64,000 bases of DNA from Chiloscyllium plagiosum (lineage: Eukaryota): NCBI RefSeq assembly GCF_004010195.1, contig NC_057718.1, positions 65,906,770 through 65,970,769 of the forward strand. The letters run 5' to 3'. The notes under the pieces are model-generated. The model saw only the letters and a program-made list of their open reading frames with translations, was not told the DNA's origin and did not search any database. Both the position numbers and the translations under genes were made by a program. Below, piece after piece: positions 51,850-64,000 of the stretch; the stretch's first letter is position 1, and each line of letters begins with the position of its first letter.

Positions 51850-53600
51850 TGAAAATCAAGAAGTGAAAGCACAAGAGGGGGTAAAGAAAATCATCATCAC
51901 CATGGAAAAGGGACAGAGAAATATATTTAACATAAAGACTGTTAGGTCTGGTCATATCCCAGTGTCTTACAAGAAGTAGCTTCAGAGATAGGGGGTGACA
52001 GACTTGAAAAATTTATTACATTCTGGAAGAATTCCAGTTGGTGTAAAATAGTAAATGTAATACCTTTATTTAAAAGGGGAAGGAAGGAAAAAGTAGGGAA
52101 TTATTGGCAAATTAGTTCAACATCTATTGCAAGGAAATGGCTTCAAAAAATTATTAGTGAGGTTGTAACAGTGCAGTTAGAAATTCAAAATCAAATCATG
52201 TATTGTCATCAATGATTTTGAGAAACTGAGGTTGTGTTTAATTTATTTGAGTTATTTGCAAGTAACCACAAAGGTGGATGATGGGGAATCTCTAGATGAA
52301 GTGTACTTGGATTTTCATAGAGCATTTGATAAGGTGGTGGATCAAAGGTCACTACTCAAAGTAAGACAGCGTTGTAAGTGAGGGGTTGGGGGGGGGAGTC
52401 ACATAAATGATTCGTTAGCTAATAGGAAACAGGAAGTTAGCTGACAAGGTATTTTTGGTGTTAGCAATCTGTAACTAGCAGAATGTCGTGGATCAGCAAT
52501 GCTTAGGTTTGCTTGAACGCTCGTTCACGTCATGTGAGTGTCGCTGACTCAGTCAGCATTTATGGCACATCAGTGACTGGCTTAAGAAACTGGTAGTTTC
52601 GCACGAGCAGATAGAGTTTACAAGAAAATATAGATTGGTTAAGTGAGCAGGCAAAACATCGGTAGATTTAGCATAATGTGGTAAAATATGAACTTTTTCA
52701 CTCTGTTAAGATTGTTAGAAAAGTAATAGACGTGAGGAAAATCTTTTTCACCCAAGGAATGGTAGAGGCAAAAGCCTTCATAACATTTTAAGAAGTATTT
52801 GCGATGCCAAGGCATGCAAGACTATGGGCCAATTGTTGGAAAGTGGGATTAGAATATTTAGGTTTTGGTTTTTGACTGGACTGGACGTGGTGAGCCTTTC
52901 TGTGTGCTGTAGACCTTTATGACCCTGATATGACTGCAGCTTAATGATAGAGGGATTTCTGTGTCCTTTTACCTGAAACACACAAAGTTAGTATGCAGCT
53001 ACAAAAAGCAATTAGACAAGCCAGTGCAATGTTGTTGTTTATTGGAACATAAGAGCTAGGAGCAGGAGTAGGCCATTTGACCCCTTCGAGCCTGCTGTAC
53101 CATTCAATAAGATCATGGCTTATTTGTGGATTTAGCTCCACTTAACTGCTCCATAGTAACCCTTAATTTCTTGATTGTTTTAAAAAAATCTATGTTAGTT
53201 TTAAAACGTCTATTTAAGTACCGTCAACTACTTTGCTGGGCAGGGAATTCCATGCGTTTACAACCCTCTGGGTGAAGAAGTTCCTTCTCAATTCAATCCT
53301 AAATCTACTCCCCTTAATTTTGAGGCTGTGCCCTCTTGTCCTAGTTTCACCTGCTAGTGGAAACATCTGTGTACTTCTATCTTATGAAAAATTATGAAGG
53401 AATAGATGTTTCTATAAGATATTCCCCCCCCCAATTCTTCTAGATTCTAATGAATATAATCCCAGTCGACTCAGTCTCTTCTCATAAACCAACCTCCTCA
53501 ACCAAGGGGATTGGACCATAAAAGTAGTCATGTTTCTTTGCAGCTGAGCAAGACCCTAGTGAGACTACATCTGGAGAACATTGTACAATTTTGGTTTCCT
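51850..53600 (+). mobile_element. Old CR1 RT remnant with nested minus-strand CR1 3' end (~53047-53500)
   Basis: Decayed NVIPLFKRG, NYWQISSTS and VYLDFHRAFDKV. Confidence 0.7.
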
Positions 53601-53890
53601 TGAAATTAGTGGAGAGACTGACTCATTTGGGTCATAAGGAAGTCTCTGAAATTCATTTTGAGTTATTTGAAGACTTGTTCATATAAAGGGCTTTGTAAAT
53701 TGGAGATTCAATGATTAGTGAATACCTGCTGGATGTTTAAGGCTAATCTTTGATGTCAAGTTCTTAAACTATTCAGTCTGAAGGAAAATTACTTGTAAAT
53801 GATCATGTAACCATGTAATTGAGCAGTACAGCTGACTGCAGATTTCAAAGAATTATCAAGACAGTTAATGTAAACAGAACAAGTTCTCTG

Positions 53891-56800
53891 CTGAAAATGT
53901 GTTGCTGGAAAAACACAGCAGGCCAGGCAGCATCCAAGGAGCAGGAGAATCGACGTTTCGGGCATAAGCCCGTCTTCAGGAATGAGGAAGGTGTGCCAAG
54001 CAGGCTAAGATAAAAGGTAGGGAGGAGGGGCTTGGGGGAGGGGCGTTGGGAATGCGATAGGTGGACTAAGAGGGACAGGACCATGTCGAGGTAGGCAGAG
54101 ATGAGTTCGGGGGGCAGGAGCAGGCTGAGACAATGGGTCAGCTGGGGCAGTCAGATTTGTGGATTTTGGACAGGAGGTAGAAACGGGCAGTGCGGGGTTG
54201 TGGGACTATGAGGTTGGAGGCGGTGGATGGGAGATCCCCTGAGGTGATGAGGTTATGGATGGTCTGGGAGATGATAGTTTGGTGGTGGGAGATGGGGTCA
54301 TGGTCAAGGGGGCAGTAGAAGGAGGTGTCCGCGAGCTGGCGTTTAGCCTCAGTAATGTAAAGATCGGTGCGCCAAACTACCACCGCTCCTCCCTTGTCTG
54401 CTGGTTTGATAGTTAGGTTGGGGTTGGAGCGGAGGGAGTGGAGGGCTGCACGTTGCGAGGGTGAGAAGTTGGAGTCGGTATGAGGGATGGACAGGTTGAG
54501 GCAGTTAATGTCGTGGCGGCAGATGGCTATGAAGAGATCGAGGGCGGGTAAGAGGCCAGCACGGGGTGCCAGGTGGATGGGGTGTGTTGGAGGCGGGAGA
54601 AGGGGTCGTCAGAGGGTGGGCGAGAATCCTGGTTGAAGAAGTAGACGCGGAGGCAAAGGCGGCGGAAGAATTGTTCGATGTCTCGCCTCATGTTGAACCC
54701 GTTAATCCGGGAGCGTAGGGGGGATGAAGGTGAGGCCTCTGCTGAGGTCTGATCTTTCATCCTCAGAGAGGGGGTGGTCCGGAGGGATGGTGAAAATACG
54801 GCAGGGCTAGGAGCTAGGACCTGGTGTCGGGCTGGAGCTGGGAGTGGGGGCGGGGTTGGGTGTGGGGGCGGAGATCGGCGTGGAGGCGAAGATGCATGCG
54901 GCGTGGTCGTTGTGCAGGTGAGTGACGTCACTGGGGGCGGAAGTAGATGTGGCAACGGCAACACCGGGGGCGGAAGTGGCTGTGGCGACGGCAGTAACGA
55001 TGTTGTTCCCGGTGGCTGTGGACCAGCGGAGGCTGCGAATTTGTCGGCGATGGTCTTCCTGGCGATTGTGGAGGCGGTTGTCTGGGCAGCGATTGTGGAG
55101 GCTGCATGGCATTGCTGAGGCTAAACGCCAGCTCGCGGACACCTCCTCCTGCCCCCTTGACCATGACCCCACTGCCCCCTTGACCATGACCCCACCTCCC
55201 ACCACCAAACCATCATCTCCCAGACCATCCATAACCTCATCACCTCAGGGGATCTCCCATCCACCGCCTCCAACCTCATAGTCCCACAACCCCGCACCGC
55301 CCGTTTCGACCTCCTGTCCAAAATCCACAAACCTGACTACCCCGGCCGACCCATTGTCTCAGCCTGCTCCTGCCCCACCGAACTCATCTCTGCATACCTC
55401 GACACCTTCGTCAAAGAACTCCCCACCTACATTCGGGACACCACCCACACCCTCCACCTCCTCCATGATTTTCGCTTCCCCGGCCCCCGACGCTTTATCT
55501 TCACCATGGATATCCAGTCCCTATACACCTCCATCCCCCATCACGAAGGCCTCAAAGCCCATCACGAAGGCCTCAAAGCCCTCCGCTTCTTCCTTTCCCG
55601 CCGAACCAACCAGTACCCTTCCAGTGACACCCTCCTTCGACTGACTGAACTGGTCCTCACTTCTCTTTCCAATCCTCCCACTTCCTCCAAACCAACGGAG
55701 TAGCCATTGGCACCCAGCTTTTGCCTGCCTCTTCGTCGGTTATGTGGAACAGTCCATCTTCCGCAGCTACACTGGCACCACCCCCCACTTTCTCCTCCGA
55801 TACATCGATGACTGTATTGGCACTACCTCATGCTCCCATGAGGAGGTTGAACAGTTCATCCACTTTACTAACACCTTCCACGCTGACCTCAAATTTACCT
55901 GGACCGTTTCAGACTCCTCCCTCCCCTTCCTAGACCTCCCCATTTCTATCTTGGGCGACTGACTCAACACGGACATTTACTACAAACCGACCGACTCCCA
56001 CAGCTACCTAGATTACACCTCCTCCCACCCTGCCACCTATAAAAACGCCATCCCATATTCCCAATTCCTTCGCCTCTGCCACATCTGCTCCCAGGAGGAC
56101 CAATTCCAATACCGAACAACCCTCCTTCAAAGACCGCAATTTCTCCTCAGACGTGGTTGACGATGCTCTCCACCGCATCTCCTCCATTTCCCGCTCCTCT
56201 GCCCTTGAACCTCGCCCCTCCAATCGCCACCAGGACAGAACCCCACTGGTCCTCACCTACCACTCCACCAACCTCCATATACATCATATCATCCTTCGTC
56301 ATTTCCGCCACCTCCAAACAGACCCCATCACCAAGGGTATATTTCCCTCCCCTCCCCTATCAGCGTTCCGGAAAGATCACTCCCTCCGCAACTCCCTCGT
56401 CAGGTCCACACCCCCCACCAACCCAACCTCCACTCCCAGCACCTTCCCCTNNNNNNNNNNNNNNNNNNNNNNGAACACTTTAACTCCCCCTCCCACTCCG
56501 CCAAGGGCATGCAGGTCCTTGACCTCCTCCATCACCAGACCATGGCAACACGACGCCTGGAGGAAGTGCGCCTCATCTTCCGCCTAGGAACCCTCCAACC
56601 ACAAGGGATGAATGCAGATTTCTCCAGCTTCCTCATTTCCCCTCCCCCCACCTTATCTCAGTCCCAACCCTCGGACTCAGCACCGCCTTCTTGACCTGCA
56701 ATCTTATTCCCGACCTCTCCGCCCACACCCCCTCTCTGGCCTATCACCCTCACCTTAACCTCCTTCCACCTATCGCATTCCCAACGCCCCTCCCGCAAGT

Positions 56801-56975
56801 CCCTCCTCCCTATCTTTTATCTTAGCCTGCTTGGCACACCTTTCTCATTCCTGAAGAATGGCTTATGCCCGCGTCCATTCTCCTGCTCCTTGAATGCTGC
56901 CTGACCTGCTGCGCTTTTCCAGCAACACATTTTTCAGCTCTGATCTCCAGCATCTGCATTCTTCACTTTCTCCTT
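53891..56975 (+). mobile_element. PLE family A with 5' inversion: inverted pLTR, inverted 5' ORF, RT, GIY-YIG and pLTR; 14-bp TSD
   Basis: GAACAAGTTCTCTG at 53877-53890 and 56976-56989; ORFs MDIQSLYTSIPH, LRYIDDCIG, LPFLDL and RLIFRLGTLQPQGMN; hammerhead core intact on the minus strand at ~53947-53984. Confidence 0.95.
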
Positions 56976-57914
56976 GAACAAGTTCTCTGTTAATTGATTT
57001 ATTAATGCAATTTTTTCATTTAAATTTGGAGAGGTTGAGTATACAGCTTGGGTGTTAAAGAAGTTTTGTTATTGAAGTTTGTGGGCAATAAGATGTTGAA
57101 CTTGCAGCATTAATAGGAGCTTTAGGTAATTTTCCTGGCTGGACTCTGTCTGGAGGCCAGTATCCCTTATTTCTACATGTACTAACATCAGTGTTAGGTC
57201 AGGTTACCCATCAGCTGATAGTAAGGAATTCCTAATTTTGGATCTCTGGCTGTAACTGCTTTGCATCAGCAACTCTGTGAAGGCGTTTACAACAGTTGAC
57301 CAGAAACTGTAGCGAACTACTGCTGTAACCAGGTTTTGGTGTATGTGTGACACGAGAGAGTTTAGAATGAAACCTTATCCCATCTGGCAAAGTTTTTTTA
57401 TGTTTAGCATTTCACGTTAATTCGAACTTTTTAAAAAAAAGCTGCTGGAAGAATGCAAACTATAAAACAAAAATTATTTGAGGCTCTGGTTTAACTTTGG
57501 ACAATAATTTTATTCGAACTGGGTCTGAACTGAATTTCAATATATTTAACATTAACTACACTTTTTCTGTTTGACTAATTGTTTCTAATATTCTGAAACC
57601 TGTAAAAACGTATATTTAAATCCATGTGTAAAAATAAAAAGTGATGAAAAAGCAGCAGCTCTGTAATCCAATACGGTTATTGTTTTTATAAATTCAGTTG
57701 TTATATGTTATGAAACTATTGGCTGTAATCCGAAAGTATTGTTGATAGCAAAACATTTTTAAAAAGAAGCAAAAATTTTGGCAAGAGAGAGTAGAGTAAG
57801 CAAATAGTCATGGCATTTAGATGATATTTGTACGCAGTATTTGTTTGAGTTCTCTGTGATCAGTATTGCACTTGGGGTATAGTCAGGTAACTGACCATAT
57901 CTCAAAGTTAAAGA

Positions 57915-58790
57915 GTTATAGAGGTCTACACCATAGAAAAAAGTCCTTCAGCACATCAAGTCTGTACCAGTCAAAATCAGCTACTTAGCTACTGTAATCC
58001 CATTTCCAGCACTTGACCCATAATCTTGTATGCCTTGGCATCACAAAAGCATATTTAAAATACTTGTCAAGAGAGTTTCTACCTCTGCCACCCATACAAG
58101 CAGAAAGTTCCAGATTCCCATCACTCTCTGGGTGAAAATTCGTTTCCTCACAACCCATCCATACCTCCTGCCCCTTACCTGATATCTGTGTCCGCTGGTC
58201 ATTAATCCCACCTTAAAGAAGTAAGATTTCTTTTCATCTACCCTGTCTTTGCACCTCATTTTATACATTTCAATCGTGTTCTTTCTCAGTCTCCTCTCCT
58301 CCAAGGCAAACAACCCCACTCTATCCAAATCTGTCTGAATGGGGAGGTTGGTACAATTACAACATTTAAAAGGCATTTGGATGGGTATATGAATAGGAAG
58401 GGTTTGGAGGGAAATGGCCCGGGTGCTGGCAGGTGGGACTAGATTGGGTTGGGATATCTGGTTGGCACGGACGGGTTGGACCGAAGGGTCTGTTTCCATG
58501 CTGTACATCTCTATGACTCTATGACTAAAACTCTCCAGCCCAGACAACATCCCGGTAAATCGCTTATTCCTGTCCAATACAATCTCACCACTTCTATAAA
58601 GTGGATTCCAGAACAGCACGCATTATTCTTGCTGTGGCCTAACCAATAATTTATACAGTTCTAATCAATCTCCCTGCTCTTAAATTCTATCCTTTGGCTA
58701 ATAAAGGCTAGTATCCCATATGCAACCTTACCCATTTTATCCACCTGTCCCACTACCTTAAGGAACTGATGTACACAACACCAAGGTACC
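57915..58790 (-). mobile_element. CR1 3' fragment with nested + strand CR1 tail (~58345-58525)
   Basis: ORF pieces RFTGMLSGLE and VGLFALEERRLR; the nested copy ends in (CTCTATGA)2. Confidence 0.85.
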
Positions 58791-60206
58791 CAGTGCTTTC
58801 TAGGCTCCAATGAGAAGAGAATGAGGCAGAAATACATGAAGACTGTGAGACAAGGTAAGAGTGGTATTTGGGATTGTTTTAACAAAAACATTGATGGAAG
58901 ACAAGAGTCTTTCCTCCTTTACTGCCAGTTTGAGATTTTCTTTTGTTGTGATCCCACTAAGGACTGTTAATATTTAAAAAGATGCCTGAATACTAGTTTT
59001 AGCTAATACAGTGATGCCACATGGTTTCATCTTTTCTTTGACAAGACAAAATTATTTGTATGTAAACGCCTTAACCGAGTGCTATTAACTTAAAGTATGG
59101 TTCATAATTGTAGACATTATGCACCAAGTTTGCTTATGTTTCCTTCAAGAATCCTCTAATGAGGTGCATTAATCTTAAAGGTCCATCTGTAAGGTCCATC
59201 CATGGGTCAGTCACAGTCTTCAGGACAATCTTCTTGAGTTCCAGCTATCAATCGTCTTGAGTCCACCCCCCCCAATTCTGATTCCTTTTCCAATATCTTG
59301 AAGCTACTTTGCTTTCTTTTGCAATATGATGTACGTCCACTAAGTTCTCCTACAAGCTTCTTTCCAGGTAATCTTCCACCTCTGTTTCTCACAAGACTGA
59401 ATCTGTGATGAAAGCTCCCCACTTTTCATGCTGTCAGTGGTGATGCAAGTGTGTAATTCTACTTACATTGAAGGTCTGTTAGTTGTTTATTTTAGCAAAC
59501 ATCCTCTTGGTGAGCTGCAAAACATAGGGAGTCCAAAACTGTAGTTTAAACCTCTCCCAGCAAACGTCCAGAAATTGAAACCTGCGAGCCTTCCAAAGCA
59601 CCACCCATATCTAAGCTGAAATAGATTCTCTAGGTTTATCCTGAAATTAATCTTTAAGCGCATTGTCCTATGTTTCTGCTTTCTCCAGTTCACTATTTTA
59701 CATCTCTAACTCTGACTCTAAATAAATGTGGGTGACTTGTTTTGGCAATCACTATATCCAGCATTTTCATGACCTTGCCATTGTGGCAATAATTTTCCCA
59801 ATACTGAACATTATCTCTGAAAATATTAATACAAACCATATTCATGTGTAAACAGTTTTTTTAAAGAAAGGACAACCTAGAGTGAATTCAAATTGCTGCT
59901 ATGTTTGTTTATTTGCAACTTGCTAAATTGTCTACTGAAAACTAAAACCGATGGATCCCTCTGCTGCTAGCAAGTAGCTTTATTTACCAAAAGTTCTCTG
60001 GTGAAAAGCTGCAAGTTGATAAACTACAATTAAATGTTTCAATTCTACAATGAATGGGCAATTGGAAGTTGTTGATTTTTGATTGCTGCAAAGTAATCAT
60101 TTAAGTTAACACTTCTGAGTTCTTCGATGCTACAAACACCGTTGCATTAATTTCTGCACATCCAAGTGGTTATACACTGGATCTTCTATAGAAATCTTAT
60201 TGCAAT

Positions 60207-61043
60207 TGTCGTCCTCTTTCCTCCCTCATTTGAAGCAAAACGCTCAGAGGCAGAGGCATGGCTTTGCCTCCTTCATCTTTATTCCGGGCCGTGGAGGGAG
60301 AGAGAATGATCGCCAATGCGCACAGAGACATGAGTTCTCAGTCTTCTCTGGAACAGCAGTTTGTCAATGAACTATATAGTCATTTTATAGGGAGGAGCAT
60401 CCAGATAAGGCAACATACATATTAATTGGGTGACCGTTACAATCTATGAGTATCAATAGCAGAGACCCAGCCCTTTACAGTTATACAATTAATGTTCATA
60501 ACCTTGTTAACTGGATTCATACAATGGATACTTATCACCTGTTAACGGACATTACATATTGAATGCCATCTCATCTTGTTAAATGGCTCTACGTTATAAA
60601 TGCGTTTCCACCTTGTTAATCCATTAACCTTGCCTCCAGGGGGTGGCACGGTTGCTCAGTGGTTAGCACTGCTGCCTCCAGGGACCTGGGTTCGATTCCA
60701 GCCTCTGGCGACTGTGTAGAGTTTGCACATTCTCCCCGTGTCTGTGTGGGTTTCCTCCAGGTGCTCCGGTTTCCTCCTACCGTCCAAAGATGTGTAGGTT
60801 AAGTGAATTGGCCACGCGAAATTGCCCATACCGTTAGGTGCATCAGTCAGGGGTAAATATGGGGAATGGGTCTCGGCAAGTTGCTCTTTGGAGGGTTGGT
60901 GTGGACTGGTTGGGCTGAAGGGCTTGTTTCTACACTGTAGGGAAACTAATCTAATCAGCACCCTATTGTTAACTAAGTTCTTAGCTGATCTGAGTCATGC
61001 TCTGCTGAACCACTTGCTTATATATATTTTCACAATCAACAAC
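60207..61043 (-). mobile_element. Possible solo LTR interrupted by a SINE
   Basis: TGT...ACA termini; reverse-strand AATAAA (~60280) and TATAAAA (~60385) in LTR order. No TSD seen. Confidence 0.35.
60638..60955 (+). mobile_element. HE1-like tRNA SINE
   Basis: GGGGGTGGCACGGTTGCTCAGTGGTTAGCAC (A box), GGTTCGATTCC (B box) and CTAATCTAATC tail. Confidence 0.92.
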
Positions 61044-61299
61044 ATTTTTTTGAAGCAGTTTGAATTCAAGTGAATTTGTCTGTTATACACTATGAAGATA
61101 CAAAGAATTTGTAGTGGCGTCCCTTCTGTAAGGTATGTGCATTGGTTCAAAGCACTTAATTAGTGTTTGGGTTGTTGGTTAGATTACTGACCTTAGTGTT
61201 GGAATAAAGCACAGTCTAAGCACATTTTTCAACTTATCCTTCAGATTTAAAAAAAATGTCATTTATATAAATGATTTGGATGTGAACATAGGAGGAATA

Positions 61300-61508
61300 C
61301 AGAGGAGACTCGATTATCCGAATATCAGATTATCCGAAGGAAATCTCGAGGTCCCGATAGAAACATTACAGCAAAGAGGTGTTTCCAACACTGATCTCGC
61401 CTTTTGTTTGCAATGATTAAAAATGAACTCTGCTTACTGAAATGCTGCGGAGAACAGTCGTGGACATTGATGGGAGCCCAGGCACCGTCTCCAAATGACT
61501 GAGCTCCT

Positions 61509-61548
<40 letters not shown>

Positions 61549-62635
61549 TCCCTCCTCTCTCTCTCCCCCTCTCTCTCTCTCTCTCCCTCCTCTCCCTCTC
61601 CCTCTCCTCTCTCTCCCTCTCCCTCTCTCTCTGGNNNNNNNNNNNNNNNNNNNNNNNNNNNNNNNNNNNNNNNNNNNNNNNNNNNNNNNNNNNNNNNNNN
61701 NNNNNNNNNNNNNNNNNNNNNNNNNNNNNNNNNNNNNNNNNNNNNNNNNNNNNNNNNNNNNNNNNNNNNNNNNNNNNNNNNNNNNNNNNNNNNNNNNNNN
61801 NNNNNNNNNNNNNNNNNNNNNNNNNNNNNNNNNNNNNNNNNNNNNNNNNNNNNNNNNNNNNNNNNNNNNNNNNNNNNNNNNNNNNNNNNNNNNNNNNNNN
61901 NNNNNNNNNNNNNNNNNNNNNNNNNNNNNNNNNNNNNNNNNNNNNNNNNNNNNNNNNNNNNNNNNNNNNNNNNNNNNNNNNNNNNNNNNNNNNNNNNNNN
62001 NNNNNNNNNNNNNNNNNNNNNNNNNNNNNNNNNNNNNNNNNNNNNNNNNNNNNNNNNNNNNNNNNNNNNNNNNNNNNNNNNNNNNNNNNNNNNNNNNNNN
62101 NNNNNNNNNNNNNNNNNNNNNNNNNNNNNNNNNNNNNNNNNNNNNNNNNNNNNNNNNNNNNNNNNNNNNNNNNNNNNNNNNNNNNNNNNNNNNNNNNNNN
62201 NNNNNNNNNNNNNNNNNNNNNNNNNNNNNNNNNNNNNNNNNNNNNNNNNNNNNNNNNNNNNNNNNNNNNNNNNNNNNNNNNNNNNNNNNNNNNNNNNNNN
62301 NNNNNNNNNNNNNNNNNNNAGGGGTATACCCGAAACCGCCCCCCCCCCCCCCTGCTCAGATAGTCTCTCCAACATTATCCTGTGCAGGGTAAAGATGAAA
62401 CTTGTCAAAATGTTGCAGTAAAAATTTGTGTGTGTTTGCAATGTAGAGACCCACACCCCCACCACCTCCAAAGGCAGCACCAGTCTTACTATTGGTGTCC
62501 AGTCCGGCTGCCGGGGATGTGGATCGGGGTGGCGGTCTTGGGAGTGGGGCGGGTCTGGGGGTCGGACGGGGTTAGATTGGGCAGGTTGATGAGGTCATTG
62601 GGGCGTGGTTGCGGGGTTCGTGTGGCAGACTAGGT
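61300..62635. mobile_element. Second copy of the Tigger-like MITE, opposite orientation, gapped and right-truncated; CT microsatellite at 61511-61631
   Basis: TA-CAGAGGAGACTCGATTATCCGAA start; colinear with the reverse complement of ~25600-26156. Confidence 0.75.
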
Positions 62636-63106
62636 GGTACTTCAATCAATGCTAACTTGTGTTTTGGTAAATTCATTACTGGAGAGTGGACATTATTGAT
62701 GAGTTCAGTATTAATTGCACATGAGAAGATAGTGATGGCCTATTACCCAGTAACAATAAAGGGTCAGTGATTCATGCTTGTATTTACTTTCTTTGCCATG
62801 CAATGAATATGCTTTTTCGTTCCTTAGAGGTCACCAAAAAATATTTTCCTGCCTTTTTTCATTTGTCTATTCCAAAATATGCCATCAAGCAAAATAAGCC
62901 GAAGTAATTACATGTTTTGTGTTTGAGTTATTAAGTTGTCTTTCAGTTTCACTGAAGTTTTTATTTGAAATCCCTAATCCAATTTCCCAAGTCATATCAG
63001 TATTATTGTCAGATCGTTTGGAATATTTTTCTTTGAATAATTTCTCTGCGCTTATCCTTTTTAAAAAAAAAAGGCTTTCTTGATGTGGATATTGTTGGCA
63101 AGGCTA

Positions 63107-63572
63107 TAGAAGGATGTTGCCAAGTTGGAGGGTTTGAGCTATAAGCAAATGCTGAATTGTCTAGTGCTGTTTTCCCTGGAGTTTCCGAGGCTGAGGGGTG
63201 ACCTTATAGAGATTTATAAAATCTTGAGGGGTATTGATAGGGAAAATAGGCAAGGTCTTTTCCCTGGGGTGGGGGAGGCCAGAACTAGAGGGCATCGGTT
63301 TAGGGTGACAGGGAAAAGATTTAAAAGGGACTTAAGGGGCAACTTCTTCACGCAAATGGTGGTGCATGTATGGAATGAGCTGCCAGTGGAAGTGATGGAG
63401 GCTGGTAGAATTAAAACGTTGAAAAGGCATCTCGATGGGTATATGAATAGGAAGAGTTTAGAGGGATTTGGGCCAAGTGCTATCAATTGGGATTAGTTTA
63501 ATTTACGATATCTGGTCGGCATGGACGAGTTGCATTGAAGGGTTTGTACCTGTGCTGCACAACTCTCTGACT
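63107..63572 (+). mobile_element. 5'-truncated CR1 LINE 3' end
   Basis: ORF LFSLEFPRLRGDLIEIYKILRG...RTRGH...NFFTQMVVHVWNELP. Confidence 0.92.
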
Positions 63573-63839
63573 CTAATTTGTTGCCATCACTAATTGCCAT
63601 TGAACTGGGGGCTTGCTAGGCCTTTCCTGAGGGCGATTAAATGTCCAACACATTACTATGTGTTTGCAGTCACATGTATAATCACATATTACGGCTGATT
63701 TTCTTCCTTGGAAGATACATTCAAAATATTTGAAGAAAGAGATAATGAATGTCAATAGCTTTGTATTGTAAAGGTATGCTTTTTAGATAGCTACTGTGAC
63801 AAAAAGGGCACCGACGCCATTAATGTAAAAAATGGCGTT

Positions 63840-64000
63840 AGAACATAGAAAAGTACAGCACAGAACAAGCCCTTTGGCCCATGATGTTGTGCCAAGGATT
63901 AATCCTAATGTAAAATATAATAACCTACGCATCCCTCAATTCACTGCTATCCATGTGCATGTCCAGCAGTCGCTTAAATGTCCCTAATGACTCTGCTTCC
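63840..64000 (-). mobile_element. CR1 3' tail continuing beyond the window
   Basis: AGAACATAGAAAAGTACAGCACAG resembles the tail at 9770. Confidence 0.7.

Noticed and set aside
57641..57735. GTGATGA C-box suggesting an intronic C/D snoRNA
   Set aside because: There is no CTGA D box at a suitable distance (only CCGA) and no terminal stem.
60638..60705. tRNA-like A and B boxes
   Set aside because: They form the head of a SINE; no complete cloverleaf.
61434..62480. Long ORFs of 308-348 aa, and similar ones at 3.2-4.0 and 8.5-9.1 kb
   Set aside because: They are inflated by N-gaps and a CT microsatellite.
47725..64000. SCAF8 exon 3 (expected FYKHVVQSVEKFIQK-like)
   Set aside because: I found no matching sequence with splice sites; it probably lies beyond the window or in a gap.

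Overview
Eukaryotic, repeat-rich vertebrate DNA with five N-gaps. The mix of HE1-like tRNA SINEs, CR1 LINEs, Penelope-like elements (PLEs) and Gypsy remnants suggests a cartilaginous fish (inference). The only host gene I can support is the 5' end of SCAF8 on the + strand: a GC/CpG-rich promoter at ~19.65-20.6 kb, coding exon 1 (19975-20004, MEAVKAFNNE) and exon 2 (47641-47724), separated by a 27.6-kb intron. I did not find exon 3 in the window. The most interesting signal is a set of short, TSD-flanked, often palindromic PLE-derived insertions carrying minimal type I hammerhead ribozymes from at least three sequence families with covarying helices. The best copy is a perfect 183-bp palindrome at 39016-39198. 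Inversion and truncation junctions of several of these insertions fall at the ribozyme core. Other points of interest are a 74-bp duplication around a CR1 insertion, an apparent locally templated CR1 insertion, a dimeric promoter minisatellite, a strong-Kozak uORF and a p53-like palindrome. Repeat boundaries are approximate unless a TSD is given.
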